Source: Gammaproteobacteria bacterium (lineage in GTDB: Bacteria; Pseudomonadota; Gammaproteobacteria; UBA4575). Taken from it: a DNA stretch of 64,000 nucleotides. Below the pieces are notes generated by a model. It saw only the letters and a program-made list of their open reading frames with translations, was not told where the DNA came from and ran no database searches. Shown here one piece after another: positions 18,845 through 32,241 of the stretch. The position numbers and the translations under genes were made by a program. Location: positions 264,500-328,499 of the forward strand of contig JANQOB010000002.1 in NCBI GenBank assembly GCA_028279275.1, written 5' to 3'. Each line of letters opens with the position of its first letter. The stretch's first letter is position 1.

Positions 18845-20614
18845 ATGGCCGAACAAGCCGCAAACCCATCCGGTTGGAAAATTTATCGCAGACTGCTCAG
18901 CTATACATTTAGTAAGTGGCAATATTTGCTGTTGGGTTCATTAGCGCTTTTAGTTTTTTCGGGAATGGATGCGTTAATGGCTTATTTATTAGGGCCATTT
19001 ATTGATAGCTCTTTTGTTGATAAGGATTTCAATGAAATCAAATGGATTCCAATTGCATTATTGGGAATTATCGTTATTCGGGGCGTGGCTAATTTTATAG
19101 GTACATATTTAATTGGTTATGTCGGCGCTCATGTAGTTAAAACCCTACGCAAAGATATGTTTGATCGGGTTCAGTTTCTACCTGCTAATTATTTTGATCA
19201 TCAAGCAACCGGTACGTTGCTTTCAAAATTCTCCTATGATGTTGAACAAGTTACAGGTGCCGCAGTGAAGGGTTTGCGCAGTCTGGTGGAAGATACATCC
19301 AAGATAATTTTTCTTCTAGCAGTGATGTTTATTAACAATTGGAAGCTGACCTTATTATTTGTCATTGTCGTACCATTTATTGCAGCGGTTGTTGGTTATA
19401 CCAGTAAGTTATTTCGAAAATTCAGTGAAAGAATGCAAAAGTCAGTGGGTAAAATCACTCATATCGTTGAAGAAAGTATCATCGGTCACCGAATCGTTAA
19501 AATTTTTGGCGGGCAACAATACGAAATAGATAAATTTGAGCATGCAAATGAACGTTTTCGTCGCAACAATATACGCAAGATTGTTACCAAGGCTGCGAGT
19601 ACTCCGGTTATTCAAATGCTCGTGGGATTTGTATTGGTGGCAGTTTTGGCTATAGCCGCACAACCACAAATTGCAACTGAGGAAACAGCAGGCGGTTTTG
19701 TGAGTTTTATTGTTGCTATGGTGTGGATTTTAACACCAGCAAGGAAGCTCACTCTACTCAATGAGATTCTACAAACCGGCATTGCTGCAGGTCAGAGCGT
19801 GTTTGCTTTGGTTGACTCTGAAAAGGAAAAAGATACGGCAACAAATGTTTTGTCTAATTGCAAAGGAAGAATTGAGTATAGCGATGTATGTTTTAAATAT
19901 GAATCACGTGATGTTAAAGCTTTAGAAAACATCAATTTAACAGTTGAACCAGGTGAAACAATTGCTTTTGTTGGTAAATCTGGGAGTGGAAAAACAACTA
20001 TTGTTAATGTTTTACCAAGATTTTATGAAATCGATGAGGGTTCCATTACCATTGATGATGCAAATATTTCAGATTTAAGTTTGACATCTTTGCGAGATCA
20101 AATTGCGATTGTGAATCAAGATGTCACATTGTTTAATGACACCATTGCTAACAATATTGCGTATGCGCAAAATTTGGATGCTGATGATGATCGTGTATTA
20201 CAAGCAGCCAAAGCCGCACAAGTTTTAGAATTTACAGATAAGCTTCCTGATCGTTTACACACTTTAGTGGGTGAGAATGGTGTGTTGCTATCTGGTGGAC
20301 AACGACAACGTATTGCCATTGCAAGGGCATTACTAAAAGATGCGCCAATTCTAATTTTAGACGAAGCGACTTCATCGTTAGACACTGAATCAGAACAATA
20401 TATTCAAAAAGCGCTGGAAGAACTACAGAAAAATCGCACAACATTGGTTATTGCGCACCGGCTTTCAACAATTGAAAGTGCTGACCGTATTATCATGATG
20501 GACAAAGGACGAATAATCGAAATTGGTAGTCACCATGAATTACTTGAAATGGATGATGCCTATGCATCGTTATATAAGATGCAAGTCAGCAAACCCAATA
20601 TGGCAGAAGTTTGA
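18845..20614 (+). CDS. msbA: Lipid A export ABC transporter MsbA
   Basis: TM domain + NBD (GKSGSGKT, LSGGQRQR, LDEATSSLD); directly upstream of lpxK. Confidence 0.93.
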   Translation: MAEQAANPSGWKIYRRLLSYTFSKWQYLLLGSLALLVFSGMDALMAYLLGPFIDSSFVDKDFNEIKWIPIALLGIIVIRGVANFIGTYLIGYVGAHVVKTLRKDMFDRVQFLPANYFDHQATGTLLSKFSYDVEQVTGAAVKGLRSLVEDTSKIIFLLAVMFINNWKLTLLFVIVVPFIAAVVGYTSKLFRKFSERMQKSVGKITHIVEESIIGHRIVKIFGGQQYEIDKFEHANERFRRNNIRKIVTKAASTPVIQMLVGFVLVAVLAIAAQPQIATEETAGGFVSFIVAMVWILTPARKLTLLNEILQTGIAAGQSVFALVDSEKEKDTATNVLSNCKGRIEYSDVCFKYESRDVKALENINLTVEPGETIAFVGKSGSGKTTIVNVLPRFYEIDEGSITIDDANISDLSLTSLRDQIAIVNQDVTLFNDTIANNIAYAQNLDADDDRVLQAAKAAQVLEFTDKLPDRLHTLVGENGVLLSGGQRQRIAIARALLKDAPILILDEATSSLDTESEQYIQKALEELQKNRTTLVIAHRLSTIESADRIIMMDKGRIIEIGSHHELLEMDDAYASLYKMQVSKPNMAEV

Positions 20615-21588
20615 AATTAGATAGCGAAAAACTCTGGTATACAAAAAATATTTTATCTACCTTGTTGTTGCCTTTGTCATGGATATTTAGGTTAGTCGTT
20701 TTCTTTAGGCGCATCTTTTATACAAGAAATATTTCAAACTCTGAGTTAGAGGATGTCTGTGTGATTGTTGTTGGTAATATTACAGTGGGTGGAACTGGGA
20801 AAACACCTTTTGTTTCTTACATAACCAAGCGCTTTTTATCACATGGTATCAAGGTTGGAATTATTTCGCGTGGTTATAAACGTCATGAGAATAACCTCGT
20901 AGAAGTTTTGCCAGATAGCAATGTTGAGTCAGCGGGGGATGAAGCGTTGATGCTTAAACATCAAACCTCATGTCCAGTTGTTGTGGCAACTAGCCGTTTT
21001 GAAGCGGCAAGTTATTTAAAAGAAAAGTATAAGCCTGATGTGATCATCTCGGATGATGGTTTACAGCATTACAAGCTACCTAGAAATATTGAAATCGTCA
21101 TTGTTGATGGCGAAAGAGAATTTGGTAATGGAAGATGTTTGCCGGCGGGACCCTTAAGAGAGCCCGTATCTAGGTTAAAGTCATCAGATATTGTTGTATG
21201 TAATGGTGAAAATCAAAATTATGAATACCAATATAGTAGGGTTAGCGATGATGTGGTTTCGCTGAAGAAAGATGTCTCTGAAAAGTCTTTAGAATCTTTT
21301 CGTGGCGCAACCGTACATGCTATTGCGGGAATAGGTCATCCAAAACGCTTTTTTACTATGTTAGAAAATGCGGGTATAAAGACAATTACACATCCATTTG
21401 ATGACCATCACTATTATAGCCGTTCTGATATAGAATTTAATGATGATTTACCCATTTTCATGACCGAGAAAGATGCCGTAAAATGTATGCTGATCGCCAA
21501 GGAAAATACCTGGTATGTGCCTATGTCAATTGTACCCAATGAAAAATTGGATGAACGACTTGCTCAATTAATAGAGGATATTCGCTAA
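20611..21588 (+). CDS. lpxK: Tetraacyldisaccharide 4'-kinase
   Basis: [41 protein letters not shown]. Confidence 0.96.
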   Translation: MKLDSEKLWYTKNILSTLLLPLSWIFRLVVFFRRIFYTRNISNSELEDVCVIVVGNITVGGTGKTPFVSYITKRFLSHGIKVGIISRGYKRHENNLVEVLPDSNVESAGDEALMLKHQTSCPVVVATSRFEAASYLKEKYKPDVIISDDGLQHYKLPRNIEIVIVDGEREFGNGRCLPAGPLREPVSRLKSSDIVVCNGENQNYEYQYSRVSDDVVSLKKDVSEKSLESFRGATVHAIAGIGHPKRFFTMLENAGIKTITHPFDDHHYYSRSDIEFNDDLPIFMTEKDAVKCMLIAKENTWYVPMSIVPNEKLDERLAQLIEDIR

Positions 21589-21782
21589 TGGATATGCAAT
21601 TGCTAGATATATTAGTTTGCCCGGTTACTAAAGGGCCGCTTAAATATGATAAAGATCAACAAGAATTAATTTCTACCTCAGCACGTCTTGCGTATCCGAT
21701 TCGTGACGGTATTCCTGTAATGCTTGAAGATGAAGCACGTACCATTACTGATGATGAGTATGAAAAATATAAGGCGATGTAG
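21588..21782 (+). CDS. Trm112-family protein (YcaR-like)
   Basis: [14 protein letters not shown]...[13 protein letters not shown]; lies between lpxK and kdsB. Confidence 0.92.
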   Translation: MDMQLLDILVCPVTKGPLKYDKDQQELISTSARLAYPIRDGIPVMLEDEARTITDDEYEKYKAM

Positions 21783-21822
21783 CCTTTCTTAAATCACATC
21801 CCAGTTTCTTCAAGGTAAAAAA

Positions 21823-22557
21823 ATGTCGTTTAAGGTCGTGATTCCTGCACGTTATGCTTCAACACGACTTCCCGGTAAGTCTCTATTAAAAATAAAAAAT
21901 AAACCTATCATTCAATATGTATATGAAAATGCATGTCAGAGTGGTGCAGATGAAGTTATCATTGCAACAGATGATCAACGCATAGCAGACGTAGCCGAGT
22001 CTTTCGGCGCCAATGTTTGCTTGACATCAACCCAACATCAATCAGGCACGGATCGAATAGCAGAGGTCGCAAATAAAAAAGTATGGGGTGACGAGGTTGC
22101 AATTGTGAATGTGCAAGGTGATGAGCCACAAATGCCTGCACAAAATATTAAACAAGTTGCACAGAATTTAATTCAAAATGAAAACATCAGTATATCGACC
22201 TTATGTACAACAATTACTGACAACAAAGATTATGAGAATCCTAATATTGTAAAAGTGATTTTTGACTCGAATCACTACGCATTAAATTTCAGCCGTGAGG
22301 TTGAAAAACTAAATTGTAAAAATCCAGTTACAGATCTTAAGAATGTGTATAGACATTTAGGGATTTACGCTTATCGTGTTGGTTTCTTAAATACCTTCAC
22401 AAATCTTGCACCGTCATCACATGAAAAGAGAGAATCATTAGAGCAATTAAGAGCATTGCAAAATGGTTATGTAATTTATGTTGAAGAGTGTCTTAGTCCA
22501 ACTGGTATTGGTGTAGATACACAGGAAGATTACGAATCTTTACAAAAGCTGATGTAG
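21823..22557 (+). CDS. kdsB: 3-deoxy-manno-octulosonate cytidylyltransferase
   Basis: VIPARYASTRLPGK, SGTDRI, NVQGDEP, RHLGIYAYR, LEQLRAL. Confidence 0.96.
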   Translation: MSFKVVIPARYASTRLPGKSLLKIKNKPIIQYVYENACQSGADEVIIATDDQRIADVAESFGANVCLTSTQHQSGTDRIAEVANKKVWGDEVAIVNVQGDEPQMPAQNIKQVAQNLIQNENISISTLCTTITDNKDYENPNIVKVIFDSNHYALNFSREVEKLNCKNPVTDLKNVYRHLGIYAYRVGFLNTFTNLAPSSHEKRESLEQLRALQNGYVIYVEECLSPTGIGVDTQEDYESLQKLM

Positions 22558-22565
22558 TTCAAAAT

Positions 22566-23162
22566 ATGAAATGGAAAATCCTGAACAAAGTGCGTAACTA
22601 TGGCGGGCACTTTAAGGTAGATCAGCTCGTTCTCCAACACGAGCTATTTGCGGGCGGTATGAGTAAAGATTTAACTCGCGAGAGAGTCACTAGAAAAAAT
22701 GCAGTAGCCGTTCTTCCGTTTGATCCTGTACGTGATGAAGTTGTACTCGTTGAGCAATTCAGAGTAGGCGCACTTGAAAATGTTGATAATCCCTGGCTAG
22801 TTGAAATTATTGCTGGATTAGTAGAAGACGGTGAGGAATATGAGGAAGTTGCAATTCGTGAAGCCATTGAAGAAGCGAACTGCAAAGTAAGTGATCTTCA
22901 ACATGTTAGTTCCTTTTTTCCATCTCCGGGTGGGTTTTCAGAAGTATCTCATATCTTCATTGGCAAAACGGATACTACAAATCTAGGGGGAATATGTGGC
23001 TTAGCTGAAGAAGGCGAAGACATACGTGTTCATGTCGTTTCATCATCCGATGCAATTCAAATGCTTCATAATGGTAAAATTTGCTCAGCGATTCCAATGA
23101 TTGCACTGTATAACTTTATACACATGCGAGAAACGCTTAGAAAGGAATGGAGGCCTAATTAG
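22566..23162 (+). CDS. nudF: ADP-ribose pyrophosphatase-like Nudix hydrolase
   Basis: VLVEQFRVGA, Nudix box AGLVEDGE...REAIEEAN, FFPSPGG, GLAEEGEDI. Confidence 0.85.
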   Translation: MKWKILNKVRNYGGHFKVDQLVLQHELFAGGMSKDLTRERVTRKNAVAVLPFDPVRDEVVLVEQFRVGALENVDNPWLVEIIAGLVEDGEEYEEVAIREAIEEANCKVSDLQHVSSFFPSPGGFSEVSHIFIGKTDTTNLGGICGLAEEGEDIRVHVVSSSDAIQMLHNGKICSAIPMIALYNFIHMRETLRKEWRPN

Positions 23163-23164
23163 AT

Positions 23165-24046
23165 TTATTCTAATTCAACTTTTAAATATATCGTACTTTG
23201 CAAATCTTCAGAGTCACGAGAGGTGCTAATGATGCCGCTATGTTTAGATTTCGCGTTTGTATCAATTCCACCGATTTGTATCCACTCACCAAGTTTTGCT
23301 TCTACAACTGTTGAAGCTTCTTGAACATCAACACTTCCTCTGTATCGATCACTGGTGTAGCTATAATCATCACTTGTTGTTCGATAATGGGGTTGTATTT
23401 GTAATGAAACGTTACCACTGCCTGTCAGTCTGGGGGTAACATAAAAGCCACTGGTGATATCTTGATAATCTACACTGTCGTAAACCGATACACCGTGGCG
23501 ATGACGAATAATAGTGCGATGCTCGTATGGTCGAATTTGTCCTGCAGTGATAAATGCTTGCCCACCTTCTATCACACGGATCATGTGCTCGCTGTTATTC
23601 CTAGATCGATTCTTTGTGCTGTTAATATGCACCTTGGTTCCTTCCTCACGCGGTGGGCGATCCCCAACTGTGACGTTTACATCATCACCAATTTCATAAT
23701 TACCTGAAGCATTAAGATCGGTTGAACGTGATTTGGAGTCGATATTATTTCTGACCTTGATAATTAAATTACGAGGTGCTTTGTCCATAACACTGAGCAA
23801 ACGGGTTACCTGTTCCAATGTATTAGCATCGGTGCGTATGAATAATTGAAAACCTGTGCCAGTAATCGCATCGTTTGGTTTCAGCATAGGTTTGATTACA
23901 GGAATAACTTCTTCTGCAGGGCGATTTTTCAAATCAATAATTTGTAGGGGATCATTCTGATCTGCAATTGAAGTGCCGAATACAAGCAAACAAAATGAAA
24001 AAAGTATTATCTGAGTAGAAATAAGTGTAGCTTTTGTTAAATACAC
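23165..24046 (-). CDS. Short secretin-like protein (NolW-like N domain plus beta-rich C-terminal region)
   Basis: Signal peptide; IIDLKNRPAEEVIPVIKPML...LLSVMDKAPRNLIIKV; GFYVTPRL; LGEWIQIGG. Confidence 0.65.
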   Translation of the reverse strand: MYLTKATLISTQIILFSFCLLVFGTSIADQNDPLQIIDLKNRPAEEVIPVIKPMLKPNDAITGTGFQLFIRTDANTLEQVTRLLSVMDKAPRNLIIKVRNNIDSKSRSTDLNASGNYEIGDDVNVTVGDRPPREEGTKVHINSTKNRSRNNSEHMIRVIEGGQAFITAGQIRPYEHRTIIRHRHGVSVYDSVDYQDITSGFYVTPRLTGSGNVSLQIQPHYRTTSDDYSYTSDRYRGSVDVQEASTVVEAKLGEWIQIGGIDTNAKSKHSGIISTSRDSEDLQSTIYLKVELE

Positions 24047-24564
24047 AATCTTCTAATCTCCGAGTCTTGTAGGCTAAGTTCCCAAATAGACTTAAATGTT
24101 TCCACTAGTTCCTTAGACCTCTCAGCATCGCAAAAGTTTACCTCAGCTTCATACAGGTCAGCCTTTTGATTTAGTATATAACCCATAGAATCAGCTACAA
24201 CGTATGCCTGATTAAATTGAGCATAGTCGTTACAAATGGTACGTATTTCGATTTTAGATGAAACACGCTGGCTCAAATTTAATACTCGATGATTGTTTTT
24301 AACTACTGCTTGCGTGTCGTGAATGAGTATTTTGACTTTTGCAGTTTTATTACGACGGATAAATTCTGAAGCATTCTCGATAAAATCTTCTTTGCTAAAA
24401 ATTAATGGGTCAAGTTGACGGCTCAGAATAACGACATCTTTTTGCGCGGAGGAGAGTAATTTTAAAATAGCATCGTGGTTCAATTGACGTGTATCGACTG
24501 CAAGGCATTCGTTCGTGACTCCGATAATGAAATTTCTGAAATAATTATCCTTAGAAATTCCCAT
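24037..24564 (-). CDS. Conserved hypothetical protein (PLD-like fold suspected, no HKD)
   Basis: ILSRQLDPLIFS...LSQRVSSKIEIR...AYVVADSMGY...FKSIWELS; overlaps the downstream gene by 10 bp. Confidence 0.6.
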   Translation of the reverse strand: MGISKDNYFRNFIIGVTNECLAVDTRQLNHDAILKLLSSAQKDVVILSRQLDPLIFSKEDFIENASEFIRRNKTAKVKILIHDTQAVVKNNHRVLNLSQRVSSKIEIRTICNDYAQFNQAYVVADSMGYILNQKADLYEAEVNFCDAERSKELVETFKSIWELSLQDSEIRRLCI

Positions 24565-24871
24565 TTATACTAACCTCTTTATAGTCCTAGATTTAAAATA
24601 ATTAGGCTGCTCTATATAAAGTATAAACCAGTAGTTAAGGAATCGCAGACTGAATAAATTTCAGTCTAAATATATGCTTTGGGAACTATGCTTTCCCTAA
24701 ATAATCCAATAAGTTCGGTGAATGAGGCGGGATTATGTTAATGGAATTTGTCGTCATATCGCGTATAGTGATTCTAAAAATCACGCTTGAAATATAAAAA
24801 TTCCTCAGTAAAATTTTCCCGCCAAGCTAGCAAGGGAAATGGCTTTCCCTATATATAGCATTAACTTAACC

Positions 24872-25594
24872 ATGATAAAGATAAATAACCTAAGTAAAAA
24901 ATTTGGGCATTTAACTGCTGTTGAAAATATATCTTTTCAGGTAAAGCCAGGAGAAGTGTTGGGATTCTTGGGGCCAAATGGTGCGGGCAAATCCACCACA
25001 ATGAAAATGATTACAGGTTTTCTTACCCCTTCTGCAGGCGAGATTGAATTGTGTGGCTTTAATGTAAATGATAAACCTATTGAGGCCAAGCAACGTATTG
25101 GTTATCTGCCTGAAGGCGCACCTAGTTATGGTGAGATGACGCCACTTCAATATTTAGAGTTTATTGCACAAGTTAGACAACTTAGTGGTCAGAAGAAAAT
25201 AGAACGTAATAAAGAAGTTATTGAGCGATTACATTTAGATAAAGTGCTCAATCAATCTATTGATACATTATCAAAAGGTTTTAAAAGAAGAGTGGGTCTT
25301 GCTCAAGCCATTTTACATGACCCTGAAGTATTAATTCTTGACGAGCCTACGGATGGATTAGACCCAAATCAAAAATTTGAAGTACGAGAGTTAATCAAAA
25401 GTATTTCGCCGGAAAAAGTAATTGTAATCTCAACGCATATACTTGGTGAAGTGGATGCTATTTGCTCACGTGCAATTATTATTGCGGATGGAAAGATTTT
25501 AGCAGACGACACACCTGATGGCTTAAGAAGTAAATCTTCTAGTGACAAGATGGATGATATCTTCCGTGAAATTACCAGCGGTAAAATTTCTTAA
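24872..25594 (+). CDS. ABC ATPase (GldA-like)
   Basis: GPNGAGKST, LSKGFKRR, LDEPTDGLDP, STHIL; start placed at MIKINNL. Confidence 0.88.
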   Translation: MIKINNLSKKFGHLTAVENISFQVKPGEVLGFLGPNGAGKSTTMKMITGFLTPSAGEIELCGFNVNDKPIEAKQRIGYLPEGAPSYGEMTPLQYLEFIAQVRQLSGQKKIERNKEVIERLHLDKVLNQSIDTLSKGFKRRVGLAQAILHDPEVLILDEPTDGLDPNQKFEVRELIKSISPEKVIVISTHILGEVDAICSRAIIIADGKILADDTPDGLRSKSSSDKMDDIFREITSGKIS

Positions 25595-25603
25595 TAACTG
25601 ATT

Positions 25604-26338
25604 ATGAGAAATATAATTACAATTTTTAAAAGAGAGCTTAGTAGTTACTTCGCAACACCTGTTGCGTACGTATTTATTGTTATCTTTTTAATCATGAGTG
25701 GCGCACTTACATTTTATCTTGGAAACTATTTTGAGCGAGGGCAGGCGGACTTGAATCCGTTTTTCCAGTTTCATCCATGGTTGTATTTATTTTTAGTCCC
25801 TGCAATTGCTATGCGTTTATGGGCGGAAGAACGTAAGACAGGAAGCATTGAATTATTAATGACGCTACCTATATCGGTTGGACAATCTGTTGTAGGTAAA
25901 TATTTAGCGGCATGGATGTTTATTGGTATTGCGCTGATTCTTACATTTCCTATTTGGATTACAGTTAATTATTTAGGCAGCCCAGACAATGGTGTTATTC
26001 TAGCCGCTTATATCGGTAGTTTCTTAATGGCTGGCGGGTTTCTTGCAATAGGTTCATGTATTTCTGCAATGACCAAAAACCAAGTCATTGCGTTTATTAT
26101 TACAGTGGTAATTTGTTTCTTATTTTTATTAGCCGGCTCCCCGCTAGTATTGAATTTTTTTAAAGCTTGGATACCGCAAAATATCGTAGATGCCATTTCA
26201 TCTTTAAGTTTCTTAACACATTTTATCTCAATTTCAAAAGGCGTTATCGATCTACGTGACATAATTTATTTTGTATCTTTAATTGGTTTTTGGTTATACG
26301 CCAATACCATTATTGTTGATCTTAAAAAAGCAGATTAA
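25604..26338 (+). CDS. ABC-2 permease (GldF-like)
   Basis: FKRELSSYFATPVAYVF, MRLWAEERKTGSIELLMTLP, TKNQVIAF. Confidence 0.88.
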   Translation: MRNIITIFKRELSSYFATPVAYVFIVIFLIMSGALTFYLGNYFERGQADLNPFFQFHPWLYLFLVPAIAMRLWAEERKTGSIELLMTLPISVGQSVVGKYLAAWMFIGIALILTFPIWITVNYLGSPDNGVILAAYIGSFLMAGGFLAIGSCISAMTKNQVIAFIITVVICFLFLLAGSPLVLNFFKAWIPQNIVDAISSLSFLTHFISISKGVIDLRDIIYFVSLIGFWLYANTIIVDLKKAD

Positions 26339-26341
26339 GTT

Positions 26342-28240
26342 ATGGCTATGCAGAAAACAAAGTCAGTTACCATAGTTGGTTTAATTGTTATAGCTATATT
26401 ATTTTTAGTGATTAATATGGTTAGCAATAACTTATTCACCAGTTCTCGCATTGACCTCACTGAGAATGAACTTTATACCTTGACAGATGGCACGCGTAAT
26501 ATTGTCAATGATATTGAAGAGCCTGTTACCGTATATTTATTTTATTCAGACAAAGCCAGTGAAGGTGTGCCGCAATTACGTATTTATGCAACACGTGTAA
26601 AAGAATTACTTAAAGAATATGAACAATTGTCCAATGGCAATGTAGTGCTCAATATCGTTGACCCAGTACCATTTTCTGAAGAAGAAGATCAAGCCACATC
26701 ATTTGGATTGCAAGCGATTCCTGTAGGTACTGGAGATAATATTTATTTTGGTTTAGCTGCGAGTAATGCTGTTGGGGATATAGAGGTAATTCCTTTCTTT
26801 CAACCGCAGCGTGAACAATTCTTAGAATATGATGTAAGCAAGTTACTTTACAACTTAACACACCCTAAAAAGACCGTAGTAGGACTTATCACACAATTAC
26901 CCATGTTTGGTGGTTTTGATATAGAAACTACTCAAATGACTAAAGAGTGGGCCATCATCGCTCAAATGCGTCAACTTTTTGAGTTGAAGCAACTTGATAT
27001 TACAACTGATGTGATAGATAAAGATGTAGACCTCCTTATGGTTGTGCATCCAAAAAATTTATCTGAACCCACTCAGTATGCGATTGATCAATTTGTAATG
27101 CGTGGTGGAAAAGCAATGTTTTTTGTGGATCCGCATTCTGAAGTTGATATACCTGTTCGCCAACAAAATTCTCCATTAGAAGTTGAGGGCGGACGTACTT
27201 CAAGCCTGAAAAAATTATTTGATGCCTGGGGAATTGAGTTTGACACAACTAAAGTCGTACTCGATCGAAAGTATGCATTAACAGTAGGTGGTGGTAACCA
27301 ACAACAAGCAAGACATTACGGCCTACTTGCGATCACAAATGAAAATATTGACTCTGAAGATGTCACAACCTCAGAACTTGAAGTGATCAGTATGGGTGTA
27401 GCAGGTGCAATAAGTGCAAAAGAAGGTTCCTCTATTCTATTTACACCAATCGTAACCTCCAGTGATGATGCGACATTAGTAGATGCATCACGTTTTCGTT
27501 TTTTGCCTGACTTAAGCCAGCTAAGTGAAGGTTTTGAACCCATAGGAGAACCGTTTACATTTATTGCGCGTGTGCAAGGCAAACTTGAGAGCGCATTTAA
27601 ACAAGGTAGACCTATGATGACAGATGCACAGGATGTGGATGAATCTAAATATGGAGATCATCTAGAAAATACTAAAGAAGATGCAAATTTATTTATAGTA
27701 GCCGACACTGATATGTTAAGTGATCGCATGTGGGTGCAGGTACAAGAATTTTTTGGACAGCAAATTTTCAATGCATGGGCCAATAATGGTGATCTTGTAA
27801 TAAATACAGTTGACAATTATGCAGGCAGCAGTGACCTAATTGGGATTCGTGGAAGGGAAACCTCAACACGCCCATTTGAATTAGTAAATGATCTTCGTTT
27901 AGCAGCAGATCAAAAGTTTCGATCTACAGAACAAAGGTTACAAGCAGAGCTGGCCGAAACTGAACAAAAACTTGTTGAGTTGCAAAAAGCACGTGATGAC
28001 AGTGATGAGCTTGTACTCTCACCTGAGCAGGAAGCTGAAATTGAAAGATTTCAACAAGAGAAATTTAAAGTCCGTAAAGAATTACGCCAAGTTAGGCATA
28101 GCTTAAATCAGGATATTGAAAAATTGGGAACGAAATTAAAATTTATAAACATCGGTTTAGTGCCTATTATTATTTCAATACTCGCACTAATCTTATTAGT
28201 AATTCGTTCAAGAAAAAGAAAACGTGCCCTTGGGTTATAG
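26342..28240 (+). CDS. GldG-like ABC auxiliary periplasmic protein
   Basis: RIDLTENELYTLTDGT, EYDVSK, IDQFVMRGGK, VADTDML, C-terminal coiled coil and TM helix. Confidence 0.85.
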   Translation: MAMQKTKSVTIVGLIVIAILFLVINMVSNNLFTSSRIDLTENELYTLTDGTRNIVNDIEEPVTVYLFYSDKASEGVPQLRIYATRVKELLKEYEQLSNGNVVLNIVDPVPFSEEEDQATSFGLQAIPVGTGDNIYFGLAASNAVGDIEVIPFFQPQREQFLEYDVSKLLYNLTHPKKTVVGLITQLPMFGGFDIETTQMTKEWAIIAQMRQLFELKQLDITTDVIDKDVDLLMVVHPKNLSEPTQYAIDQFVMRGGKAMFFVDPHSEVDIPVRQQNSPLEVEGGRTSSLKKLFDAWGIEFDTTKVVLDRKYALTVGGGNQQQARHYGLLAITNENIDSEDVTTSELEVISMGVAGAISAKEGSSILFTPIVTSSDDATLVDASRFRFLPDLSQLSEGFEPIGEPFTFIARVQGKLESAFKQGRPMMTDAQDVDESKYGDHLENTKEDANLFIVADTDMLSDRMWVQVQEFFGQQIFNAWANNGDLVINTVDNYAGSSDLIGIRGRETSTRPFELVNDLRLAADQKFRSTEQRLQAELAETEQKLVELQKARDDSDELVLSPEQEAEIERFQQEKFKVRKELRQVRHSLNQDIEKLGTKLKFINIGLVPIIISILALILLVIRSRKRKRALGL

Positions 28241-28263
28241 ACTAAACGTTTCGCCATTCGAGT

Positions 28264-30731
<2,468 letters not shown>

Positions 30732-30826
30732 TTATGTCTAATATTAGGCAATAGTAAGCCGTACAATTAGTCATTATACTACAGCGCCTTCGCTAGAGGT
30801 GTATCAAAACAATAAGAGATTAAGAA

Positions 30827-32215
30827 ATGAGTGAAAATTTCAGAACCGAAAAGGACAGTATGGGTGAACTCAAAGTGCCGGCAGACGCACTTTATGGCGC
30901 ACAAACACAAAGAGCTGTAGATAACTTTCCAATAAGTGGCTTGGTCATGCCAAGACAATTTATACGCGCATTAGGGTTGATTAAGACTGCGTGCGCGGGA
31001 GCAAACACTGAATTAGGATTGATGAGCAACGAAGTGGAATCGGTCGTAAAGCAAGCAGCTATGACCGTAGCTGCAGGGGATTACGATGATCATTTTCCTA
31101 TTGACGTATTTCAAACAGGCTCAGGTACCAGCACCAACATGAATGCGAACGAGGTCATTGCTCATCTAGCCAATAATTTGAGTGATGTAGAAGTACACCC
31201 TAATGATCATGTCAACATGAGTCAAAGCTCAAATGATGTTATACCGACTGCGATTCATGTTAGTGCGTGCTTGCAAATTGAAGAAGAACTTAAACCTGCG
31301 CTGGCGCATTTATTTAGCACATTAAAAAACAAAGCAGCAGAATGTGAAAAATTTGTAAAAACAGGTCGGACACATCTAATGGATGCAATGCCCGTTACTA
31401 TGGGCCAGGAAATAGATGCATGGGCACAAGAAATAGAATATGGAATACAACGCATTGATGATTCTTTGAAGCGTTTACGTCAGCTTGCGCAAGGTGGTAC
31501 TGCGGTTGGTAGTGGAATTAATGCAGATGAAAAATTTGGTGAGCTGGTTGCAAAAGAGCTCTCAGTGCTAACAAATGTTAAGTTTGAATCCAAACCCAAT
31601 AAATTTGAAGGCTTAGCTAGCCAGGATTCAGCAGTTGAAATGAGCGGGCAGCTAAAAGCACTCGCCGTGAGCTTAATGAAAATTTCAAACGATTTACGTT
31701 GGATGAACTCCGGTCCTTTAGCAGGTTTGGGTGAAATAGCTTTACCTGCATTGCAACCTGGTAGCAGTATTATGCCGGGTAAAGTCAATCCCGTAATACC
31801 TGAAGCCGTTGCTATGGTTAGCACACAAGTTATTGGTAATGACACAACCATAACCATTGCTGGCCAATCCGGATTGTTTCAACTAAATGTTATGTTGCCT
31901 GTAATTGCGTTTAACTTGCTACAAAGCATTCAGCTTCTTACTAATTCATGCAAAGTGTTAGCAGACAAGGCCATTAAAGGCTTCACGATCAATGAAGGAA
32001 ACCTTCAAGCGGCATTAGCAAAGAATCCTATTTTGGTAACCGCTATGAATAGGGTTATTGGTTATGAAAAGGGTGCAGCTATTGCTAAAGAAGCCTATGC
32101 TTCAGGCCGGCCAATTTTTGACGTCGCAAAAGAAATGACCGATTTAACTGATGAACAAATCAACAAGCTCTTAGATCCGGCCGCGTTAACGAAAGGCGGA
32201 ATTCAGGAGGCATAA
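30827..32215 (+). CDS. fumC: Class II fumarate hydratase
   Basis: GAQTQRA, QTGSGTSTNMNANEV, GRTHLMDA, GSSIMPGKVNP. Confidence 0.92.
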   Translation: MSENFRTEKDSMGELKVPADALYGAQTQRAVDNFPISGLVMPRQFIRALGLIKTACAGANTELGLMSNEVESVVKQAAMTVAAGDYDDHFPIDVFQTGSGTSTNMNANEVIAHLANNLSDVEVHPNDHVNMSQSSNDVIPTAIHVSACLQIEEELKPALAHLFSTLKNKAAECEKFVKTGRTHLMDAMPVTMGQEIDAWAQEIEYGIQRIDDSLKRLRQLAQGGTAVGSGINADEKFGELVAKELSVLTNVKFESKPNKFEGLASQDSAVEMSGQLKALAVSLMKISNDLRWMNSGPLAGLGEIALPALQPGSSIMPGKVNPVIPEAVAMVSTQVIGNDTTITIAGQSGLFQLNVMLPVIAFNLLQSIQLLTNSCKVLADKAIKGFTINEGNLQAALAKNPILVTAMNRVIGYEKGAAIAKEAYASGRPIFDVAKEMTDLTDEQINKLLDPAALTKGGIQEA

Positions 32216-32241
32216 GCTTTCTGTAATTCGCACATTGGTGC

